DNA of 64,000 nt from a virus, in the IMG/VR virus record IMGVR_UViG_3300045988_169095; one strand, given 5' to 3'. Positions within the stretch are counted from its first letter, which is position 1. Every line of letters starts with the position of its first letter. Below the pieces are notes generated by a model. It saw nothing but the letters and a program-made list of their open reading frames with translations, was not told the origin of the DNA and ran no database searches. A program made the position numbers and the translations under genes. Below are positions 49,043 through 59,210 of this stretch, piece by piece.

Positions 49043-49546
49043 ATGACTTATAAACAAATTTTTATTGGATGGATTACTATTCTGGGTATGTATATGCTAC
49101 TGGGTTTGATGTTAAATTTCCCATGTAAATCAGAAGTGCCTCCAGTAAACTCTCCTGTAATTATTACAGAAGATTGTGATTCTCTTACAGAGTGGCAAGT
49201 TTTTATCATGGCACTTGTTGAAGTAGAATGTGAGAGAAATCCAAAAGTAAAATCTAGTAAAAATGCAATAGGCCCATTCCAAATTACTAAAATTTATGTT
49301 GATGAAGTTAATAACTTATATAACACTAATTTTGTGTTAGAGGATGCTTGGGATCTTGATAAAGCTTTAACTATGTTTGAAATGATGAATGACCATTATA
49401 ATCCAACTAGAGATATTGATAGAGCAATTAAACTACATAATCCTGGGGCTGGTAAATGGTATGGGAAAAGAATAAAAGATCGTATGGAACTAATTCGATT
49501 TAGTGAAGCACTAAGATTCAAAATTGTTGAACTTTACGATAATTAA
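49043..49546 (+). CDS. Lytic transglycosylase (SLT-domain) protein with an N-terminal TM anchor.
   Basis: Catalytic E in VECERNPKVKSSKNAIGPFQI. Confidence 0.5.
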   Translation: MTYKQIFIGWITILGMYMLLGLMLNFPCKSEVPPVNSPVIITEDCDSLTEWQVFIMALVEVECERNPKVKSSKNAIGPFQITKIYVDEVNNLYNTNFVLEDAWDLDKALTMFEMMNDHYNPTRDIDRAIKLHNPGAGKWYGKRIKDRMELIRFSEALRFKIVELYDN

Positions 49547-49638
49547 TATGTGGTGGTTGATTGGATTACTATTAGCTATTGCTATCATACTTAGTCCTAT
49601 GTTATGGGCTATTTATAAACATATAACGTATGAGAAGT

Positions 49639-50241
49639 TGAATAACTAAAATTTTAAGTGGAGTTGCAATTATTTTAGGAATAACTGTTTACTTCATGAA
49701 TGTAAGGATAAATGATTTAAATAAATCATTAGATATATCCGTTAATAATGAAAAAGCATACTCAGCTGAAAACTCAGCCTTGAAAGAGAGTAATATAGTT
49801 TTTAGATTTGAGTTAGCTCAAATGACCCACATGAATGATTCAATTCTTGTGAAAATGCGAGAAGTAGCCCAAGAACTCAAAATAAAGGATAAGAAATTAG
49901 AATCTTTACAATATCAGTTAGAACATATTTCTAAGTCAGATACTATTTTTATTAGAGATACTATATTTAAAGATCCTGGTTTTAAACTTGATACGTGTAT
50001 TCAAGATAAATGGGCTAGAACTTGTCTGCATCTTGAATATCCAAATGAAGTAGGAGTGTCAAGTGAGTTTAACAATGAAAAATATATTATTACTTCCTGG
50101 AAAAAAGAACCAATTAAGCAAAGGAAGTGGTTCCTTCCAAGATGGTTTACGAAAAAACAAAAAATTATAACTGTTGACGTAGTAGATAAGAATCCTTATG
50201 TAACTACAGAAAGACAGAGATTTGTACAAATTGTAGATTAA
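49639..50241 (+). CDS. Spanin-like protein (TM helix plus coiled coil) with TGA=Trp at codon 4.
   Basis: An in-frame N-terminal extension of the track ORF at 49696-50241 adds the TM helix ILSGVAIILGITVYF. Lies next to the SLT gene. Confidence 0.4.
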
Positions 50242-50508
50242 ATGATTACAACAATACCTACAAAATATGATATAGGGCAGAAAGTATATTTAAAGAAAAC
50301 TGCTCTTGACTTTTCTCGAGGATATTTCATTGATGTTGAAGTTCCAGATCCAACTCCTTACATAATTACATCTATTAGAATTCATGTATATCCTGATTAT
50401 ACAAGTATTTATTATCGTATCGATGGAAAACAGGAATCTATTAGGGAGGATAAAGTATTTAGTTCTTTAGAAGAGGTGGAAGCCCATTGTAAGCATGATT
50501 CAGAATAG
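50242..50508 (+). CDS. Hypothetical protein.
   Basis: 88-aa ORF. Confidence 0.4.
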   Translation: MITTIPTKYDIGQKVYLKKTALDFSRGYFIDVEVPDPTPYIITSIRIHVYPDYTSIYYRIDGKQESIREDKVFSSLEEVEAHCKHDSE

Positions 50509-50989
50509 TTTTTTGGAAAAAGGTAAAGAGAAAGAATTAGAATTTGCCTTAGCTCTTTGCAAAGCTAAAAGTCTTTCGTCCTCTATAATAGAAGAAGCTA
50601 GCAAGGAAGATGACATTTATCGTCATATTGATATCTGGGTAGGAGCAAATAGTTTCGATGTTAAAGCTGCAAAGAAAATTAACCGCTCTGATTTACTTCC
50701 TAACTATGATATTCATTGGATAGAACTCAGAAACGTTCATGGAGACAAAGGCTGGCTATTCGGGCAAGCTGATTATATAGCCTTTGAGTTGAAAACTACT
50801 TGGTGTATCTGTCCAAGAATTTCTTTAATACGGTCTCTAAAGGGTAGAATTGATTTTTCCAATTTTACTACTAATAGGGATGATATGTTTAGAGTATATA
50901 GACGTAAAGATAGATTAGATGCTATTGTTAAAGTCGATAGTGATTTTTTGACCAAGGTTGCGTCTAGTTTTTTAATTCCTAAAGAATAG
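50495..50989 (+). CDS. Hypothetical protein.
   Basis: 164-aa ORF. Confidence 0.4.
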   Translation: MIQNSFLEKGKEKELEFALALCKAKSLSSSIIEEASKEDDIYRHIDIWVGANSFDVKAAKKINRSDLLPNYDIHWIELRNVHGDKGWLFGQADYIAFELKTTWCICPRISLIRSLKGRIDFSNFTTNRDDMFRVYRRKDRLDAIVKVDSDFLTKVASSFLIPKE

Positions 50990-51186
50990 ACTATGATTTT
51001 CTCTTTAGTGTATTACTTGATTTGTGTAGGTATTATTTTTGGATCTGATGATGGAAAACCTTGGAAGTTTTCAGATTATGTTCTTTTATTATTTGCTGGC
51101 ATTTATGCTCCTTTAAGTGTAGGAATGTATATTGGTCGATTTTTAAAAGAAAATAAGGTATATAAGGAAGAGTAATCTTCCTATAT

Positions 51187-51262
51187 GGTGCGTATAGCTC
51201 AGTTGGTTTAGAGCGCCAGATTGTGGCTCTGGAGGTCACCGATTCGAATTCGGTTATGCACC
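51187..51262 (+). tRNA. tRNA-His(GTG) with G-1.
   Basis: G-1 pairs with C73. D-arm TAGCTCAGTTGGTTTAGAGC. Anticodon stem CCAGA/TCTGG with loop TTGTGGC. Confidence 0.55.
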
Positions 51263-51276
51263 CTTAAATTATTTTT

Positions 51277-51564
51277 ATGAAGATGTTTACTGAGTTTAAA
51301 AAACTTATTCCCAATAATAAATTGGGTGTTATTTCTCATCCTTGTAATAATTCAGTAATAGAGCCAAACATCTTAAAATGTTTGAATTACAAGATGCAAT
51401 TTTCACTTCGAAAATGTAATCTTATCTATTGGAATATGCTGAAACAGCTTTATATATCATCTGATGATATGTTTAAATTTCTTAAAGGAGGAGTAAGTTA
51501 TAGAGAAAGTATGACTGCCTTAATGGTAAGAGTACTAAGAGAAAATGTAGCTAAAAACGTATGA
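51277..51564 (+). CDS. Hypothetical protein.
   Basis: 95-aa ORF. Confidence 0.35.
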   Translation: MKMFTEFKKLIPNNKLGVISHPCNNSVIEPNILKCLNYKMQFSLRKCNLIYWNMLKQLYISSDDMFKFLKGGVSYRESMTALMVRVLRENVAKNV

Positions 51565-52049
51565 AAAAACTAAATATAGCACTCGTTGCACATGATGCAC
51601 GAAAACAAGAATTAATTGATTGGGTTAAATTCAATAAACAGTCATTATATAATCATCATATTATTGCTACAGGTACTACAGGTAAGTTACTTGGTAATAT
51701 CATGGTTAAACAAGTTGCAGAAACAGACTGGAAAGGAAATGAATATTTTGTAAATAAATATTTAAATGTAACTTCTGTTCTTTCAGGACCTCTTGGAGGA
51801 GATCAAATGATTGGTGCAATGATTGCACAAGGTCAAATTGATGTATTAATCTTCTTCTGTGATAATCTTATTACACAAGGACATCAAACAGATATTTCTG
51901 CATTAACTCGATTGGCATCCTTATATAATATTGCATTTGCAACAAATAGAACTACAGCAGACATGATTCTTACTTCGTCATTATTTGCGAATGAAGAATA
52001 TTGTCCTGTAAAAGCGGATTTTAGTAGTTATTTAAATCGCAAACTTTAG
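51561..52049 (+). CDS. mgsA: Methylglyoxal synthase (MgsA)-like protein.
   Basis: LVAHD...ATGTTG...SGPLGGDQ...IDVLIFFCD, the MGS fold. Confidence 0.55.
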   Translation: MKKLNIALVAHDARKQELIDWVKFNKQSLYNHHIIATGTTGKLLGNIMVKQVAETDWKGNEYFVNKYLNVTSVLSGPLGGDQMIGAMIAQGQIDVLIFFCDNLITQGHQTDISALTRLASLYNIAFATNRTTADMILTSSLFANEEYCPVKADFSSYLNRKL

Positions 52050-52051
52050 TT

Positions 52052-52309
52052 ATGTCAAAAAGTCGCAAACTTCCAATTTTTAAAGATAAAGGTCTTAAAG
52101 GCATTTATCACAGAATCGTTAAAAGGAGAATAAAAAATTATTTAAAGAGTAATTTTTTAAGATTACAAGATGAGGATTTTGATTGTAATATTCCAAATCC
52201 TAAAACAATAGTTAGCGACTACAATTATAGCGATTATACAATCGATTTACGTTATGAAAAAGGTAAAAGATGGGGAGAAGAGTGGAAAGCTAAATTCTCT
52301 AGAAAATAA
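52052..52309 (+). CDS. Small basic protein.
   Basis: 85-aa ORF. Confidence 0.35.
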   Translation: MSKSRKLPIFKDKGLKGIYHRIVKRRIKNYLKSNFLRLQDEDFDCNIPNPKTIVSDYNYSDYTIDLRYEKGKRWGEEWKAKFSRK

Positions 52310-52435
52310 ACGTATCTTAGATTACATAAAGGCTGTAAGGAAGAAATCAAGGGAAGAGGAGATCCAATTGTATGGAAAACCTCTTCCTAAAACTAAGATT
52401 AAAGAATCAAAAAAGATATATAAGAGAAATAAAAA

Positions 52436-53812
52436 ATGACTGCATTAGATTTTTTTTATGATGAGTTTGTTGCATTTTGCAATAAGTATGATCTAGTGGA
52501 ACAATTTAATAAAGGGTTGCAGATAAAAGGTTTTCCTTACGAGTTAAGCTGTAAACCCTTTATTTTATCTAGGTTATCTCCAGAAATATTTAATTTCTCT
52601 TTACATTGGGCAGAGACTCCTACCCCAAAATCACATTCATGGAGAGAAATTCATGATTTTTGGGTAGAAAAAAGTGTAGAGATAGAAAATAGCTTCAAGA
52701 AGAAATCAAAAGTATTTGAATCATTTCCAGTATACTACTTTAAGTATAAAGGATATGATTATTTAGACTATGTTCCCGATCATATTAGGCAGTTATACTA
52801 TGCAGATCAATTAATTCCTGTAAGAGTTATAGATGTAGAACAAAAAGACGTAAAAAATGGATGCCCAGAAGATGTACATATTATTTCAAATATGTCCATG
52901 TGGGTATTAAAAATGGTAACTAAGTATAAGGGAGTTGTTGAATATAAGGAGTATGACTTAGGAAAGAACATTATTAGAATGTCTAATAATTTTGCATATA
53001 TTATGAAAGCATTCCCAGCTGGATTATCTGCCATTCTAGAACTAAATCCTTCTAAAAAGGTCAATTATCTAGATATTGACTATAATACAGGCAAAGTTTC
53101 TTATCTTCCTATAGAGAAAACTCTTAAAAAGGATTTTGAGTCTGTACGTGCATATGCAGATAGTAATAGGAAAACAACTACTATAGGACGATTACTCAAT
53201 AAGTTCAATTGGGCCCCTTATCTGGATAGATGTGATATCGAAAGGATATCCAATTTTGTTTCTGGATATGGAGAAACTCTTAGTGTAGAAATTTGGGAAC
53301 CTGAAAAAATACGTATAGCATATTTAGAAGATAATTATGCAAAAGAACTAAGATGTATAAAATCTACATTGCATAATTCTTGTATGCGACATGCTGAGTG
53401 TCAAGATTTTTTTGAGTTTTATGAAAAAGCTGATGCAAAGATTGCTGTAGCACTTGATGAAAAAGGTAAAGTTTGTGCCAGAGCAATACTTTGGCAAATC
53501 AATGATTCTTTATATTTTCTGGATAGGATTTACTCAATTAGTCCTTTTTACTATGTAAAGTTTGCAAAAGCTGTTGCAAGTAAGGTTCCTATAGACTTTT
53601 ATAAAGTAGATAGAACTATATACAGTATAAAAACTTTCACTGAAGCAGAAATGCCAGTTTATAGATTATTTAGACCGAAGTTAATAAATTATGAAGGATT
53701 GGTTCCCTATGTAGATACTTTCTATATATTTGATTCTACTTGTGGAGAACTATTGACTGATACAAAAATTTTTAACCTTCAAACTACTGAAGGAAATTTA
53801 ATACATATATAA
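52436..53812 (+). CDS. Hypothetical protein (458 aa).
   Basis: Long uninterrupted ORF. Confidence 0.5.
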   Translation: MTALDFFYDEFVAFCNKYDLVEQFNKGLQIKGFPYELSCKPFILSRLSPEIFNFSLHWAETPTPKSHSWREIHDFWVEKSVEIENSFKKKSKVFESFPVYYFKYKGYDYLDYVPDHIRQLYYADQLIPVRVIDVEQKDVKNGCPEDVHIISNMSMWVLKMVTKYKGVVEYKEYDLGKNIIRMSNNFAYIMKAFPAGLSAILELNPSKKVNYLDIDYNTGKVSYLPIEKTLKKDFESVRAYADSNRKTTTIGRLLNKFNWAPYLDRCDIERISNFVSGYGETLSVEIWEPEKIRIAYLEDNYAKELRCIKSTLHNSCMRHAECQDFFEFYEKADAKIAVALDEKGKVCARAILWQINDSLYFLDRIYSISPFYYVKFAKAVASKVPIDFYKVDRTIYSIKTFTEAEMPVYRLFRPKLINYEGLVPYVDTFYIFDSTCGELLTDTKIFNLQTTEGNLIHI

Positions 53813-53813
53813 T

Positions 53814-54179
53814 ATGAAAAATGCACGTTTTTATTACAGTGTTCCGCTGAGCACTGTAAAGGTTTTAGTTGTAGGAACTCAAGATTTTATTCCTGATGAT
53901 GTTGCTGGTTTTTACAAATCTTCAATTCAGCCTATGCCTCGAATTACTATTTGTAGTCTGCTTAATGAGGATCGTACAAAATTATCTTTTGGAGTAGCTG
54001 TATGTTCAGCTAAAGATCGTTTCGTAAAGAAGATTGGTCGTGAGTTAGCTTACAAAAGAGCCCTTGAACATCCTTTCAAAGTAGCTGAAGTTACTAAAGA
54101 TAATATTCGTGAAGTACGAATGAATGTATCTCAGGCTATTGAAGGAGAAATATGGGCAATGCATCCTAAGAAATTCTAA
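53814..54179 (+). CDS. Hypothetical protein.
   Basis: 121-aa ORF. Confidence 0.4.
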   Translation: MKNARFYYSVPLSTVKVLVVGTQDFIPDDVAGFYKSSIQPMPRITICSLLNEDRTKLSFGVAVCSAKDRFVKKIGRELAYKRALEHPFKVAEVTKDNIREVRMNVSQAIEGEIWAMHPKKF

Positions 54180-54329
54180 TGGAGTACGAAATTATAATTC
54201 ATGGTAAAGTTTCTACTAAAAATGTAGATAAATTCAAAGAATGCTTCGGAAAAGCATTAACAGATAGTGAATCCACCTTTAGGGGGAATACTTATATCTA
54301 TGAATTTACAGAATATGAAGAGGTAAAAG

Positions 54330-54743
54330 ATGATACAGAAAGCTAGGGAATTTACTGTTCCTATTCTTAATGTCAAAGTGTCAATCTTAATTGGAAGTCC
54401 ACTATCCGTAGAAAGTTACCTTCAGGATGTTCATAACAAAGTATTCGGACATAGTGCACCAAATGTAGTTGCAGAAACCTTTTATTCTACTGAATCAGAT
54501 GCTGATGAGTTTTTGTATATTGCATTATACGATGATACAGATATAAAAGATTCTGCATATAACGTTATACATGAATGTCTTCATGCTGCTCATAAAATCT
54601 GTACTTTCAGAGGAGTTGAGTTAGATGAAGAGTTTCTATGTTATTTGCAGGGATTCTTAATTAACAAAGTATTTGAATGTTTGAATGCTGAACTGATGGT
54701 AGTTACAAACCATCAATTGACTGCGGAGGATACTCTGCAATAA
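54330..54743 (+). CDS. HExxH zinc-metallopeptidase-like protein.
   Basis: IHECLHAAH. Confidence 0.4.
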   Translation: MIQKAREFTVPILNVKVSILIGSPLSVESYLQDVHNKVFGHSAPNVVAETFYSTESDADEFLYIALYDDTDIKDSAYNVIHECLHAAHKICTFRGVELDEEFLCYLQGFLINKVFECLNAELMVVTNHQLTAEDTLQ

Positions 54744-55120
54744 TAACTCAAAATGGTGAAGTTATAAAAAAACTTTACAGAGGTTATAGAAACACTACTA
54801 ACAACCGTATGGAACTTCTAGGGGTCTTAGAATGTCTTAGATATTTTACAAACCCTGAACAAATAACCATATATTCGGATTCTCAATATGTAGTATCGAG
54901 TATTAACAACAAGCATCTTACCAAGTGGGTTGAAGACAATGATCAATCCAAAAAGAATCTTGATTTGTGATATCCGATTTATGAATTATTGAAGTTTCAT
55001 ACGGTTACTTTTGTGTGAGTAAAAGGCCACAATAATAACAAATTTAATGAGTTAGCTGATTTATTTGCAACTCATGCAAGTGATTGTTTAGATCTACCAG
55101 AAGATAATGGTTCATTTTAA
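54677..55120 (+). CDS. rnhA: Ribonuclease HI with 3 in-frame TGA=Trp codons.
   Basis: TDGSY..CGGYSAII, YSDSQYV, DLW-Y and VW-VKGH. The last two Trp are TGA-encoded and align to the conserved Trp of RNase HI. No standard-code ORF in the track. Confidence 0.55.
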
Positions 55121-55472
55121 GATTAAAAAAGTCGGAAATCACTGGTATCCATGTGTTAATCATGAATATGACAGTGACATATCGTTGGATCCAAAAATTG
55201 AGAAATATCTCAATAACTACTCTGTAAAATCTGGATATGTGGATGAAGTTACAATAGAGTTGGAAGAGATTCCAATGATAACAGAAGATATTAATTTAAT
55301 CTTCTTTAACGAGTCTGATATTACAAGATATTATACTACTGATGACGATTTCAATCTTAGGTTTGAAATCAATGACCATGAATTTGAGATTGATGCATAT
55401 TTATTTGGATGCTTTGAATTGCAATTCAATTTAAATTTTCATGAAAATCTCTATAAATTACATATCTGGTAA
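55107..55472 (+). CDS. Hypothetical protein.
   Basis: 121-aa ORF. Confidence 0.4.
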   Translation: MVHFKIKKVGNHWYPCVNHEYDSDISLDPKIEKYLNNYSVKSGYVDEVTIELEEIPMITEDINLIFFNESDITRYYTTDDDFNLRFEINDHEFEIDAYLFGCFELQFNLNFHENLYKLHIW

Positions 55473-55619
55473 TGAAATATGAAATCAGGATAGTGCAGAT
55501 TACTCCCAATGGTTGTTGTTTAGTATATGCTAAAGACTATGAGACCGATGAGGAAATTGAAGAGATGACAGTGTATAATAAGAAATTACGCTGTTTCATG
55601 ACAAAGGAACGCAAAGACG

Positions 55620-56195
55620 ATGAAATTAAAAACTGAGGCACAGGAATCAACAGAGAAATTAGATATTAAGAGAAGGAAGTGTACTTTATCTGAGAATATT
55701 CAAAAACTTTTACTGCGGCAATTAAAACACGAGCTGTATAATCATAACCTCTATATGAGTTTTTCTAACTTTTATGGAGTGCAAGGATTAGCTGTTCTGG
55801 AACAGTATTATAAAGAACGTGCAGATGAGGAATATCATCATCATTCATGGATTCGTACATATATGAATGAGAATGATGCAGCATATATTTACCCTGATAT
55901 TCCTGCCATTAGTGAAACTTTTGAAGATAATGTAACGCCATTTAAGTTAACTGTAGATAAGGAGATTCAAACAACTCAACTTATTTATGAAATTGTGGAT
56001 GCAGCTCTTGAAGAGGGGGACTGGGCCACTTTTAATTGGCTAAATGGAGATAACGATGAAACTGGACGACTTGTTCAAGAACAAGTTGAAGAAGAATCAA
56101 TCTCACGTACTGCTCTAGATATTGCTATGGAGGAAGGTTCTTGGCTTCGTAAGGAGAAATCCATTATGAATGCTTATAAAGGAGATGTTGATTAA
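55620..56195 (+). CDS. Ferritin-like (Dps/rubrerythrin-like) protein.
   Basis: E..Y...Y........G..G...EQ..KE.A.EEY.HH. Confidence 0.4.
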   Translation: MKLKTEAQESTEKLDIKRRKCTLSENIQKLLLRQLKHELYNHNLYMSFSNFYGVQGLAVLEQYYKERADEEYHHHSWIRTYMNENDAAYIYPDIPAISETFEDNVTPFKLTVDKEIQTTQLIYEIVDAALEEGDWATFNWLNGDNDETGRLVQEQVEEESISRTALDIAMEEGSWLRKEKSIMNAYKGDVD

Positions 56196-56346
56196 GTTAC
56201 CCGAAGACATTAATGATCTATATTTCTGTGGTAAGAAATTGCCCGCTACTATAGTAATGTAGTAGATGTATTGAGAAAAAACGGTAGAAAAATTTTGACA
56301 TTATTAATTAAATTATTACTTTTGTATACACAGAAATATAAAATTT

Positions 56347-57171
56347 ATGGGGAAACAAAAGTATAATTTAATTGACGGATTTGAAGAGTGTGCAGCAGAA
56401 ATGTATAAATCTGGAAAAACTCTTCGAGAAATAGCAAATGTTATTGGTACCTATCCAGGAAAAGTAGGACAAATTCTAAAAGAATTAGGAGTAAAGAAAG
56501 GGAGACAATACAAATACATTAATGAGCATTATTTTGACATAATTGATTCTGAGGATAAAGCTTATATCTTAGGATTTTTAATTGCTGATGGATGTATTAG
56601 ATTAGAGGAAAGAAAGAATGTAATTAGTTACAGAATTGCATTTTCTAATAATATTGACGATTCTGAAACAATTGAATTAATTCATTCTAAAATCTGCCCT
56701 AACCAAATGTTAAGAGTGTATCAGAATCCTTTAGGGCATAGAAAACCTCAATATGTTCTTCAATGGACTTCTGAGTATATGGCTAAGATATTAGAAGATA
56801 AATATAACATAACTAACAGAAAAACTTATGATGTACATTTTAGATTCCCATTTGAAAATGTCCCTTCTCAATTCCATAGAGATGTAATTAGAGGATTTCT
56901 AGATGGAGATGGATGTGTACAGAAACATTGTATTAGTTTTGTATTTAATTCTATTAAGTTTCTTACTCAGGTTATTGAGGTATTTAAAGATCTTTTTCAA
57001 AGAAATCCTTTGATGCCTTCAATGTTATATAACATTGAAGTTATAGATGGAAAAACTACTAAATACTGAAGATTACGTATTGCTACTGGACATGGAAGAA
57101 GAGCGCTAATTAAAGATTATCTATATAATGGCGCAACTTACTTTTTAACTAGAAAATTTGCTAAGTTTTAA
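56347..57171 (+). CDS. LAGLIDADG homing endonuclease with an N-terminal HTH. The C-terminal extension passes through one TGA.
   Basis: Two LAGLIDADG motifs, YILGFLIADGCI and IRGFLDGDGCV. Confidence 0.5.
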
Positions 57172-57269
57172 TACCGTGCTAACCTTATAGATTGCGAAAG
57201 GCTATAAGGTAGTGTAACGCATAGTGAGTGAATAAATATAATCTCACCACGAGTTCTCAATATCCTATT

Positions 57270-57352
57270 ATAGGATAAAAATATATGCTGACCTATAAGG
57301 AATGTCAAGATACTTATAGAACTATAGGATAAAAAACCTGTAGGATAACAAC
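57270..57352 (+). promoter_or_regulatory. Direct repeats TAGGATAA (three copies) upstream of the phosphoesterase gene.
   Basis: Copies at about 57276, 57326 and 57343. Confidence 0.3.
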
Positions 57353-58048
57353 GTGGATATTCATGGTAATTTAGATTATTTAAAGTATTTTATAAATACA
57401 GGAGTTGGATTCCCACAAAAGATATTTAACTCCTGTATTGTTTTATGTGGAGATGTAGGATTAGGATTTTCTCCTGATCTTGAAAGTATGAAGATCTCTT
57501 TCTTAAATAAGCTCTGCGAAAAAACTAATAATTATATTATTGCCATAAGAGGGAATCATGATGATCCTCAACAGTTTAAAAACCTTTATAACAAGAGATT
57601 CAAAGCGGTTGAAGATTATTCTGTAATTCAATATAAAGATAAAAATATCTTGTGTATTGGAGGTGGAACTTCTATAGATAGAATCTATAGAAAAAATAAC
57701 AAATGGGGATATTGGGAAGATGAAAAGATTGTTGAGTTGGATAATTTTGATTCAATTCCATATTGTCAAATTATCGCATCCCATTGTGCTCCTACCTGTG
57801 CATACCCTTATGGAATAGGAAAGTTAGTAATGGAATTCTGTGATGGAGATGATTCATTACTGGAAGAATTACTTTGGGAGAGAAATTATCTTCAAACTTG
57901 CTACGAAGAAATGTCTAAAAAAGGACCAGTAGAAGATTGGTATTATGGGCATTACCATAGTACTATGGATACTACTGTAGATAATACGAGGTTTCATTTA
58001 CTTGGTATTAATTACCTTTCTAGATATTGTTATAATGATTACAATTAA
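57353..58048 (+). CDS. Calcineurin-like metallophosphoesterase.
   Basis: DIHGN, GDVG, GNHD and GHYH motifs. GTG start assumed. Confidence 0.5.
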   Translation: MDIHGNLDYLKYFINTGVGFPQKIFNSCIVLCGDVGLGFSPDLESMKISFLNKLCEKTNNYIIAIRGNHDDPQQFKNLYNKRFKAVEDYSVIQYKDKNILCIGGGTSIDRIYRKNNKWGYWEDEKIVELDNFDSIPYCQIIASHCAPTCAYPYGIGKLVMEFCDGDDSLLEELLWERNYLQTCYEEMSKKGPVEDWYYGHYHSTMDTTVDNTRFHLLGINYLSRYCYNDYN

Positions 58049-58352
58049 ATGTTGTTTAGTTGCAGTTCAGACTGGACAATATTCTAAATTGGTGTTTGAG
58101 GACCTTAATAGGGATCCTTGCGATGATTTAAAATATGTCACTGTTGTAATGCTTCCAAATTGAGACTATAAAGATACTCTCAAAATTGGAGATACTGGAT
58201 ATCTGCAATTTGAAAGTGTAAAAGCTGGAGAAACTCAGTGATATAATAGAGAAATACAAGATTTTGCAGTTTATAAATTTAATGCTAATTATTTTATAAA
58301 CTTCATTAAACACAAAGAGATAAATAATATGAAAGAATTTAAGTTTGATTAA
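58035..58352 (+). CDS. Hypothetical protein (about 105 aa) visible only with TGA=Trp (2 TGA codons).
   Basis: Continuous frame from ATG 58035 to TAA 58350-52, confirmed by coordinate arithmetic. Confidence 0.35.
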
Positions 58353-58354
58353 AT

Positions 58355-59185
58355 ATGGATACAGAATTTGGAGCTAAGTTAAAGGAAGCTATAACGGCTA
58401 AAGACAATGATATTAATAGCTTGGTATGAAAAGACAAAACTGGTGTAAACATTCGTTTAATGGATATTTCCCAGAATGAACTAAAGCGATATCATCGTCA
58501 TTGCGAACAAATGCTAACTAACAGGGACATTTACAAACCTGGTAAATTAGTAATTCGTGAAAACATCCAAAAATGTTGAGATTCTTGTAATGCTGAATTG
58601 TTTGCAAGATATTTAATGCATGATTGTGAGACAGATATTAAAACCAATAAAGATCTACTTGACTTTATCAATGTCCAAAGAAAAGCAAATAATGTAGATG
58701 TGGAAGACAGTATTTCAGTTTTATTTACTGGACTTCCTCCTATCTATGAGAAAGTTACTGTAGGGAAGTTAATGGATGTATGTTTTGATAAGCTTGATGT
58801 ACTTAACAAAAAGATGATTACAGACAAGTTTATTATTGCGCAGGGAATCTGACTCACAGACGAAGAAAAACAAGAGCTCACAGAATTAGAAACAGGGGGT
58901 AAAATTAGAAATCGAATGGAAGTTGTCAAGGAAAGACTTTGTCTTAATCCTGATATTAGACTGCGTGTAAGTCCTACAGGACTTTCATTTGCTGAGTTTA
59001 GAGCTTTGATTCAACTTTCTGATCTCCCTAAAATATCTTCCTTGTCTACAATTGCTCTTAAAACTCTTAGAGACAAAGTTTTACTGCTTTTGGACAATGA
59101 TCTTGATTATCATATCAATAAATGGATGAAAATTAAGAAGGATATTGAACGAGTAGCAGAATATAAAAACTGGAATTTAGATTAG
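58355..59185 (+). CDS. Hypothetical protein (about 276 aa) with 3 in-frame TGA codons. Merges track ORFs 58598-58852 and 58916-59185.
   Basis: The two track ORFs are in one frame, and the same frame holds ATG 58355. Confidence 0.4.
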
Positions 59186-59210
59186 GTTCTGAAAATTAAT
59201 TTTAGTAATT

